Assembly (NCBI GenBank): GCA_964658305.1
Contig: OZ210885.1
Location: 16,616,001 to 16,680,000 of the forward strand
Direction of reading: 5' to 3'
DNA: 64,000 nt
Source: Leptogorgia sarmentosa
Taxonomy: Eukaryota
Part shown: positions 1 through 9,200 of the stretch, piece by piece
How positions within the stretch are numbered: position 1 is the stretch's first letter
Layout: each line of letters starts with the position of its first letter
Position numbers and translations under genes: made by a program
The notes under the pieces: model-generated
The model's database searches: none
Told to the model about the DNA's origin: nothing
The model's input: only the letters and a program-made list of their open reading frames with translations

Positions 1-15
1 CTTCCATCAACAAAT

Positions 16-135
16 GTCTACGACCATACCAGTAGCAAAATACCGGTTCTCGTCTTATCACCGAAGTGAAGCCTAGATGGGCAAAGTTAGTACTTGGATG
101 GGTGACCACCTGGGAATACTTTGTGTTGTAGACTT
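16..135 (+). rRNA. 5S rRNA: 5S rRNA gene, first copy (variant G21C, G41T, T53G, G62A)
   Basis: Full 120-nt copy with four differences from the array consensus. Confidence 0.85.
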
Positions 136-241
136 GCTTCATTTTATTGTATGTGTGTTTCTGGATAGGTTTGCTTTCAATTTCAACTTCAGGGTTTTCT
201 TATTGTTACACGTTTAAAAAGTGTAACTTCCATCAACAAAT

Positions 242-361
242 GTCTACGACCATACCAGTAGGAAAATACCGGTTCTCGTCTGATCACCGAAGTTAACCCT
301 AGGTGGGCAAAGTTAGTAGTTGGATGGGTGACCACCTGGGAATACTTTGTGTTGTAGACTT
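242..361 (+). rRNA. 5S rRNA: 5S rRNA gene (variant G56C, C78G)
   Basis: Full-length copy 226 bp after the first. Confidence 0.87.
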
Positions 362-467
362 GCTTCATTTTATTGTATGTGTGTTTGTAAATAGGTTTGC
401 TTGGAATTTCAACTTCAGGGTTTTGTTATTGTTACACGTTTAAAAAGTGTAACTTCCATCAACAGAT

Positions 468-587
468 GTCTACGACCATACCTGTAGGAAAATACCGGTT
501 CTCGTCTGATCACCGAAGTTAACCCTAGGTGGGCAAAGTTAGTAGTTGGATGGGTGACCACCTGGGAATACTTTGTGTTGTAGACTT
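468..587 (+). rRNA. 5S rRNA: 5S rRNA gene (variant A16T, G56C, C78G)
   Basis: Full-length copy. Confidence 0.87.
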
Positions 588-693
588 GCTTCATTTTATT
601 GTATGTGTGTTTGTAAATAGGTTTGCTTTCAATTTCAACTTCAGAGTTTTGTTATTGTTACACGTTTAAAAAGTGTTACTTCCATCAACAAAT

Positions 694-813
694 GTCTACG
701 ACCATACCAGTAGGAAAATACCGGTTCTCGTCTGATCACCGAAGTTCAGCCTAGGTGGGCACAGTTAGTACTTGTATGGGTGACTACCTGGGAATACTTT
801 GTGTTGTAGACTT
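694..813 (+). rRNA. 5S rRNA: 5S rRNA gene (variant A54C, A69C, G82T, C92T)
   Basis: Full-length copy. This haplotype recurs at 1475, at 5298 and in the 3944-bp repeat. Confidence 0.85.
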
Positions 814-882
814 GCTTCATTTTATTGTATGTGTGTTTGTAAATAGGTTTGCTTTCAATTTCAACTTCAGGGTTTTGTTATT

Positions 883-905
883 GTTACACGTTTAAAAAGT
901 GTAAC
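883..905 (+). promoter_or_regulatory. Upstream TATA-like element TTTAAAAA (-29..-22) inside the palindrome GTTACAC-N9-GTGTAAC; present in every unit
   Basis: The sequence and position are seen directly. AT-rich boxes at about -30 are known upstream of many 5S genes. Function here is inferred. Confidence 0.6.
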
Positions 906-919
906 TTCCATCAACAAAT

Positions 920-1039
920 GTCTACGACCATACCAGTAGGAAAATACCGGTTCTCGTCTGATCACCGAAGTTAAGCCTAGGTGGGCAAAGTTAGTACTTG
1001 GATGGGTGACCACCTGGGAATACTTTGTGTTGTAGACTT
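920..1039 (+). rRNA. 5S rRNA: 5S rRNA gene, consensus copy (representative)
   Basis: Pairings checked by hand: helix I GUCUACGAC/GUUGUAGAC, helix III ACCGGU/ACCG(AA)GU, helix V CAAAGU/ACUUUG, and helix IV capped by a GUGA (GNRA) tetraloop. Confidence 0.95.
969..1016 (+). promoter_or_regulatory. Pol III type 1 internal control region (Box A 969-983, intermediate element 986-991, Box C 999-1016); present in every unit
   Basis: Assigned by position from the established 5S ICR (+50-64, +67-72, +80-97): AGTTAAGCCTAGGTG / CAAAGT / TGGATGGGTGACCACCTG. Confidence 0.85.
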
Positions 1040-1045
1040 GCTTCA

Positions 1046-1049
1046 TTTT
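1046..1049 (+). terminator. Pol III terminator (T4 at +127..+130); present in nearly every unit
   Basis: First run of 4 or more T after the gene (GACTT GCTTCA TTTT). T5 variants exist, e.g. near 1825 and 6880. Confidence 0.75.
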
Positions 1050-1085
1050 ATTGTATGTGTGTTTGTAAATAGGTTTGCTTTCAAT

Positions 1086-1188
1086 GTAAACTTCAGGGAT
1101 TTTGTTATTGCTACATCTGGAAATACTTTGTATTGTTGTTTTGCTAAATGTTATTTAATGCCTATTTGTAAATATAATTCCTTTCAAT
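1086..1188 (+). pseudogene. 103-bp long-spacer insert: degenerate, internally deleted 5S monomer (spacer plus 5S 3' end +95..+120); ~41 copies
   Basis: 1117-1186 aligns without gaps to consensus +95..+164 with 17/70 mismatches. Confidence 0.88.
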
Positions 1189-1248
1189 TTCAACTTCAGG
1201 GTTTTGTTATTGTTACACGTTTAAAAAGTGTAACTTCCATCAACAAAT

Positions 1249-1368
1249 GTCTACGACCGTACGAGTAGGAACATACCGGTTCTCGTCTGATCACCGAAGT
1301 TAAGCCTACGTGGGCAACGTTAGTACTTGGATGGGTGACTACCTGGGAATAATTTGTGTTGTAGACTT
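1249..1368 (+). rRNA. 5S rRNA: 5S rRNA gene variant (A11G, C15G and further changes) following a long spacer
   Basis: Starts GTCTACGACCGTACGAG and has 7 differences from consensus; possibly non-functional. Confidence 0.75.
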
Positions 1369-1926
1369 GCTTCATTTTATTGTATGTGTGTTTGTAAATA
1401 GGTTTGCTTTCAATTTCAACTTCAGGGTTTTGTTATTGTTACACGTTTAAAAAGTGTTACTTCCATCAACAAATGTCTACGACCATACCAGTAGGAAAAT
1501 ACCGGTTCTCGTCTGATCACCGAAGTTCAGCCTAGGTGGGCACAGTTAGTACTTGTATGGGTGACTACCTGGGAATACTTTGTGTTGTAGACTTGCTTCA
1601 TTTTATTGTATGTGTGTTTGTAAATAGGTTTGCTTTCAATTTCAACTTCAGGGTTTTGTTATTGTTACACGTTTAAAAAGTGTAACTTCCATCAACAAAT
1701 GTCTACGACCATACCAGTAGGAAAATACCGGTTCTCGTCTGATCACCGAAGTTAAGCCTAGGTGGGCAAAGTTAGTAGTTGGATGGGTGACCACCTGGGA
1801 ATACTTTGTGTTGTAGACTTCCTTCTTTTTATTGTATGTGTGCTTGTAAATAGGTTTGCTTTCAATTTCAACTTCAGGGTTTTGTTATTGTTACACGTTT
1901 AAAAAGTGTTACTTCCATCAACAAAT

Positions 1927-2046
1927 GTCTACGACCATACCAGTAGGAAAATACCGGTTCTCGTCTGATCACCGAAGTTAAGCCTAGGTGGGCAAAGTTA
2001 GTACTTGGATGGGTGACCACCTGGGAATACTTTGTGTTGTAGACTT
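1927..2046 (+). rRNA. 5S rRNA: 5S rRNA gene, consensus copy
   Basis: Identical to 920-1039. Confidence 0.93.
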
Positions 2047-5000
2047 GCTTCATTTTATTGTATGTGTGTTTGTAAATAGGTTTGCTTTCAATGTAAACTT
2101 CAGGGATTTTGTTATTGCTACATCTGGAAATACTTTGTATTGTTGTTTTGCTAAATGTTATCTAATGCCTATTTGTAAATATAATTCCTTTCAATTTCAA
2201 CTTCAGGGTTTTGTTATTGTTACACGTTTAAAAAGTGTTACTTCCATCAACAAATGTCTACGACCGTACGAGTAGGAAAATACCGGTTCTCGTCTGATCA
2301 CCGAAGTTAAGCCTAGGTGGGCAAAGTTAGTAGTTGGATGGGTGACCACCTGGTAATACTTTGTGTTGTAGACTTGCTTCATTTTATTGTATGTGTGTTT
2401 GTAAATAGGTTTGCTTTAAATTTCAACTTCAGGGTTTTGTTATTGTTACACGTTTAAAAAGTGTAACTTCCATCAACAAATGTCTACGACCATACCAGTA
2501 GGAAAATACCGGTTCTCGTCTGATCACCGAAGTTAAGCCTAGGTGGGCAAAGTTAGTACTTGGATGGGTGACCACCTGGGAATACTTTGTGTTGTAGACT
2601 TGCTTCATTTTATTGTATGTGTGTTTGTAAATAGGTTTGCTTTCAATTTCAACTTCAGGGTTTTGTTATTATTACACGTTTAAAAAGTGTTACTTCCATC
2701 AACAAATGTCTACGACCATACCAGTAGGAAAATACCGGTTCTCGTTTGATCACCGAAGTTAAGCCTACGTGGGCAAAGTTAGTACTTGGATGGGTGACTA
2801 CCTGGGAATACTTTGTGTTGTAGACTTGCTTCATTTTATTGTATGTGTGTTTGTAAATAGGTTTGCTTTCAATTGCAACTTCAGGGTTTTGTTATTGTTA
2901 CACGTTTAAAAAGTGTAACTTCCATCAACAAATGTCTACGACCATACCAGTAGGAAAATACCGGTTCTCGTCTGATCACCGAAGTTAAGCCTAGGTGGGC
3001 AAAGTTAGTACTTGGATGGGTGACCACCTGGGAATACTTTGTGTTGTAGACTTGCTTCATTTTATTGTATGTGTGTTTGTAAATAGGTTTGCTTTCAATG
3101 TAAACTTCAGGGATTTTGTTATTGCTACATCTGGAAATACTTTGTATTGTTGTTTTGCTAAATGTTATTTAATGCCTATTTGTAAATATAATTCCTTTCA
3201 ATTTCAACTTCAGGGTTTTGTTATTGTTACACGTTTAAAAAGTGTAACTTCCATCAACAATTGTCTACGACCATACCAGTAGGAAAATACCGGTTCTCGT
3301 CTGATCACCGAAGTTAAGCCTAGGTGGGCAAAGTTAGTACTTGGATGGGTGACTACCTGGGAATACTTTGTGTTGTAGACTTGCTTCATTTTATTGTATG
3401 CGTGTTTGTAAATAGGTTTGCTTTCAATTTCAACTTCAGGGTTTTGTTATTGTTACACGTTGAAAAAGTGTAACTTCCATCAACAAATGTCTACGACCAT
3501 ACCAGTAGGAAAATACCGGTTCTCGTCTGATCACCAAAGTTAAGCCTAGGTGGGCAAAGTTAGTAGTTGGATGGGTGACCACCTGGGAATATTTTGTGTT
3601 GTAGACTTGCTTCATTTTATTGTATGTCTGTTTGTAAATAGGTTTGCTTTCAATTTCAACTTCAGGGTTTTGTTATTGTTACACGTTTAAAAAGTGTAAC
3701 TTCCATCAACAAATGTCTACGACCATACCAGTGGGAAAATACCGGTTCTCGTCTGATCACCGAAGTTAAGCCTAGGTGGGCAAAGTTAGTAGTTGGATGG
3801 GTGACCACCTGGGAATACTTTGTGTTGTAGACTTGCTTCATTTTATTGTATGTGTGTTTGTAAATAGGTTTGCTTTCAATTGCAACTTCAGGGTTTTGTT
3901 ATTGTTACACGTTTAAAAAGTGTAACTTCCATCAACAAATGTCTACGACCATACCAGTAGGAAAATACCGGTTCTCGTTTGATCACTGAAGTTAAGCCTA
4001 CGTGGGCAAAGTTAGTACTTGGATGGGTGACTACCTGGGAATACTTTGTGTTGTAGACTTGCTTCATTTTATTGTATGTGTGTTTGTAAATATAATTCCT
4101 TTCAATTTCAACTTCAGGGTTTTTTTATTGTTACACGTTTAAAAAGTGTAACTTCCATCAACAATTGTCTACGACCATACCAGTAGGAAAATACCGGTTC
4201 TCGTCTGATCACCGAAGTTAAGCCTAGGTGGGCAAAGTTAGTACTTGGATGGGTGACTACCTGGGAATACTTTGTGTTGTAGACTTGCTTCATTTTATTG
4301 TATGTGTGTTTGTAAATAGGTTTGCTTTCAATTTCAACTTCAGGGTTTTGTTATTGTTACACGTTTAAAAAGTGTAACTTCCATCAACAGATGTCTACGA
4401 CCATACCTGTAGGAAAATACCGGATCTCCTCTGATCACCGAAGTTAAGCCTAGGTGGGAAAAGTTAGTAGTTGTATGGGTGACCACCTGGGAATACTTTG
4501 TGTTGTAGACTTGCTTCATTTTATTGTATGTGTGTTTGTAAATAGGTTTGCTTTCAATTTCAACTTCAGGGTTTTGTTATTGTTACACGTTTAAAAAGTG
4601 TTACTTCCATCAACAAATGTCTACGACCATACCAGTAGGAAAATACCGGTCCTCGTCTGATCACCGAAGTTAAGCCTAGGTGGGCAAGGTTAGTAGTTGG
4701 ATGGGTGACCACCTGGGAATATTTTGTGTTGTACACTTGCTTCATTTTATTGTATGTGTGTTTGTAAATAGGTTTGCTTTCAATTTCAACTTCAGGGTTT
4801 TGTTATTGTTACACGTTTAAAAAGTGTTACTTCCATCAACAAATGTCTACGACCATACCAGTAGCAAAATACCGGTTCTCGTCTGATCACCGAAGTGAAG
4901 CCTAGATGGGCAAAGTTAGTACTTGGATGGGTGACCACCTGGGAATACTTTGTGTTGTAGACTTGCTTCATTTTATTGTATGTGTGTTTCTAGATAGGTT

Positions 5001-6224
5001 TGCTTTCAATTTCAACTTCAGGGTTTTGTTATTGTTACACGTTTAAAAAGTGTAACTTCCATCAACAAATGTCTACGACCATACCAGTAGGAAAATACCG
5101 GTTCTCGTCTGATCACCGAAGTTAACCCTAGGTGGGCAAAGTTAGTAGTTGGATGGGTGACCACCTGGGAATACTTTGTGTTGTAGACTTGCTTCATTTT
5201 ATTGTATGTGTGTTTGTAAATAGGTTTGCTTTCAATTTCAACTTCAGAGTTTTGTTATTGTTACACGTTTAAAAAGTGTTACTTCCATCAACAAATGTCT
5301 ACGACCATACCAGTAGGAAAATACCGGTTCTCGTCTGATCACCGAAGTTCAGCCTAGGTGGGCACAGTTAGTACTTGTATGGGTGACTACCTGGGAATAC
5401 TTTGTGTTGTAGACTTGCTTCATTTTATTGTATGTGTGTTTGTAAATAGGTTTGCTTTCAATTTCAACTTCAGGGTTTTGTTATTGTTACACGTTTAAAA
5501 AGTGTAACTTCCATCAACAAATGTCTACGACCATACCAGTAGGAAAATACCGGTTCTCGTCTGATCACCGAAGTTAAGCCTAGGTGGGCAAAGTTAGTAC
5601 TTGGATGGGTGACCACCTGGGAATACTTTGTGTTGTAGACTTGCTTCATTTTATTGTATGTGTGTTTGTAAATAGGTTTGCTTTCAATGTAAACTTCAGG
5701 GATTTTGTTATTGCTACATCTGGAAATACTTTGTATTGTTGTTTTGCTAAATGTTATTTAATGCCTATTTGTAAATATAATTCCTTTCAATTTCAACTTC
5801 AGGGTTTTGTTATTGTTACACGTTTAAAAAGTGTAACTTCCATCAACAAATGTCTACGACCATACCAGTAGGAAAATACCGGTTCTCGTTTGATCACTGA
5901 AGTTAAGCCTACGTGGGCAAAGTTAGAACTTGGATGGGTGACTACCTGGGAATACTTTGTGTTGTAGACTTGCTTCATTTTATTGTATGTGTGTTTGTAA
6001 ATATAATTCCTTTCAATTTCAACTTCAGGGTTTTGTTATTGTTACACGTTTAAAAAGTGTAACTTCCATCAACAATTGTCTACGACCATACCAGTAGGAA
6101 AATACCGGTTCTCGTCTGATCACCGAAGTTAAGCCTAGGTGGGCAAAGTTAGTACTTGGATGGGTGACTACCTGGGAATACTTTGTGTTGTAGACTTGCT
6201 TCATTTTATTGTATGCGTGTTTGT

Positions 6225-9200
6225 AAATAGGTTTGCTTTCAATTTCAACTTCAGGGTTTTGTTATTGTTACACGTTGAAAAAGTGTAACTTCCATCAACA
6301 AATGTCTACGACCATACCAGTAGGAAAATACCGGTTCTCGTCTGATCACCAAAGTTAAGCCTAGGTGGGCAAAGTTAGTAGTTGGATGGGTGACCACCTG
6401 GGAATATTTTGTGTTGTAGACTTGCTTCATTTTATTGTATGTCTGTTTGTAAATAGGTTTGCTTTCAATTTCAACTTCAGGGTTTTGTTATTGTTACACG
6501 TTTAAAAAGTGTAACTTCCATCAACAAATGTCTACGACCATACCAGTGGGAAAATACCGGTTCTCGTCTGATCACCGAAGTTAAGCCTAGGTGGGCAAAG
6601 TTAGTAGTTGGATGGGTGACCACCTGGGAATACTTTGTGTTGTAGACTTGCTTCATTTTATTGTATGTGTGTTTGTAAATAGGTTTGCTTGGAATTTCAA
6701 CTTCAGGGTTTTTTATTGTTACACGTTTAAAAAGTGTAACTTCCATCAACAAATGTCTACGACCATACCAGTAGGAAAATACCGGTTCTCGTCTGATCAC
6801 CGAAGTTAAGCCTAGGTGGGCAAAGTTAGTAGTTGGATGGGTGACCACCTGGGAATACTTTGTGTTGTAGACTTGCTTCTTTTTATTGTATGTGTGCTTG
6901 TAAATAGGTTTGCTTTCAATTTCAACTTCAGGGTTTTGTTATTGTTACACGTTTAAAAAGTGTTACTTCCATCAACAAATGTCTACGACCATACCTGTAG
7001 GAAAATACCGGTTCTCGTCTGATGACCGAAGTTAAGCCTAGGTGGGCAAAGTTAGTACTTGGATGGGTGACTACCTGGGAATACTTTGTGTTGTAGACTT
7101 GCTTCATTTTATTGTATGTGTGTTTGTAAATATAATTCCTTTCAATTTCAACTTCAGGGTTTTGTTATTGTTACACGTTTAAAAAGTGTTACTTCCATCG
7201 GCAAATGTCTACGACCATACCAGTAGGAAAATACCGGTTCTCGTCTGATCACCGAATTTAAGCCTAGGTGGGGAAAGTTAGTACTTGGATGGGTGACCAC
7301 CTGGGAATACTTTTTTTTGTAGACTTGCTTCATTTTATTGTATGTGTGTTTGCAAATAGGTTTGCTTTCAATGTAAACTTCAGGGATTTTGTTATTGCTA
7401 CATCTGGAAATACTTTGTATTGTTGTGTTGCTAAATGTTATTTAATGCCTATTTGTAAATATAATTCCTTTCAATTTCAACTTCAGGGTTTTGTTATTGT
7501 TACACGTTTAAAAAGTGTAACTTCCATCAACAAATGTCTACGACCGTACGAGTAGGAACATACCGGTTCTCGTCTGATCACCGAAGTTAAGCCTACGTGG
7601 GCAACGTTAGTACTTGGATGGGTGACTACCTGGGAATAATTTGTGTTGTAGACTTGCTTCATTTTATTGTATGTGTGTTTGTAAATAGGTTTGCTTTCAA
7701 TTTCAACTTCAGGGTTTTGTTATTGTTACACGTTTAAAAAGTGTTACTTCCATCAACAAATGTCTACGACCATACCAGTAGGAAAATACCGGTTCTCGTC
7801 TGATCACCGAAGTTCAGCCTAGGTGGGCACAGTTAGTACTTGTATGGGTGAGTACCTGGGAATACTTTGTGTTGTAGACTTGCTTCATTTTATTGTATGT
7901 GTGTTTGTAAATAGGTTTGCTTTCAATTGCAACTTCAGGGTTTTGTTATTGTTACACGTTTAAAAAGTGTAACTTCCATCAACAAATGTCTACGACCATA
8001 CCAGTAGGAAAATACCGGTTCTCGTTTGATCACTGAAGTTAAGCCTACGTGGGCAAAGTTAGTACTTGGATGGGTGACTACCTGGGAATACTTTCTGTTG
8101 TAGACTTGCTTCATTTTATTGTATGTGTGTTTGTAAATATAATTCCTTTCAATTTCAACTTCAGGGTTTTTTTATTGTTACACGTTTAAAAAGTGTAACT
8201 TCCATCAACAATTGTCTACGACCATACCAGTAGGAAAATACCGGTTCTCGTCTGATCACCGAAGTTAAGCCTAGGTGGGCAAAGTTAGTACTTGGATGGG
8301 TGACTACCTGGGAATACTTTGTGTTGTAGACTTGCTTCATTTTATTGTATGTGTGTTTGTAAATAGGTTTGCTTTCAATTTCAACTTCAGAGTTTTGTTA
8401 TTGTTACACGTTTAAAAAGTGTTACTTCCATCAACAAATGTCTACGACCATACCAGTAGGAAAATACCGGTTCTCGTCTGATCACCGAAGTTCAGCCTAG
8501 GTGGGCACAGTTAGTACTTGTATGGGTGACTACCTGGGAATACTTTGTGTTGTAGACTTGCTTCATTTTATTGTATGTGTGTTTGTAAATAGGTTTGCTT
8601 TCAATTTCAACTTCAGGGTTTTGTTATTGTTACACGTTTAAAAAGTGTAACTTCCATCAACAAATGTCTACGACCATACCAGTAGGAAAATACCGGTTCT
8701 CGTCTGATCACCGAAGTTAAGCCTAGGTGGGCAAAGTTAGTAGTTGGATGGGTGACCACCTGGGAATACTTTGTGTTGTAGACTTGCTTCTTTTTATTGT
8801 ATGTGTGCTTGTAAATAGGTTTGCTTTCAATTTCAACTTCAGGGTTTTGTTATTGTTACACGTTTAAAAAGTGTTACTTCCATCAACAAATGTCTACGAC
8901 CATACCTGTAGGAAAATACCGGTTCTCGTCTGATGACCGAAGTTAAGCCTAGGTGGGCAAAGTTAGTACTTGGATGGGTGACTACCTGGGAATACTTTGT
9001 GTTGTAGACTTGCTTCATTTTATTGTATGTTTGTTTGTAAATATAATTCCTTTCAATTTCAACTTCAGGGTTTTGTTATTGTTACACGTTTAAAAAGTGT
9101 AACTTCCATCAACAAATGTCTACGACCATACCAGTAGGAAAATACCGGTTCTCGTCTGATCACCGAAGTTAAGCCTAGGTGGGCAAAGTTAGTACTTGGA

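Noticed and set aside
1050..1066. (TG)n microsatellite or telomeric motif in the spacer
   Set aside because: It is only TATGTGTGT, with invariant length, and is too short to be meaningful.
1086..1188. Spliced-leader RNA or U snRNA linked to 5S in the long spacer (Sm-like GATTTTG)
   Set aside because: Such linkages are known in invertebrates, but this insert is fully explained as a deleted monomer, and I see no snRNA or SL stem-loops or splice donor. An Rfam scan would confirm.
981..1268. Repeated 95-aa ORF MGKVSTWMGDHLG... (~40 copies) and the other 61-123-aa ORFs
   Set aside because: The 95-aa ORFs start at a GTG inside the 5S gene, cross the long spacer and stop in the next gene. I recognise no domain, and their presence simply tracks spacer type and indels.
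920..3282. Apparent 1007-bp higher-order repeat (981/1988/2995)
   Set aside because: The spacing is equal (329 + 3x226), but corresponding monomers carry different variants, so it is not a recent duplication.
7207..7535. 5S-derived SINE (SINE3) or 5S-targeting retroelement insertion
   Set aside because: There is no body or tail, no target-site duplication and no foreign sequence. The genes are full-length and in regular tandem.
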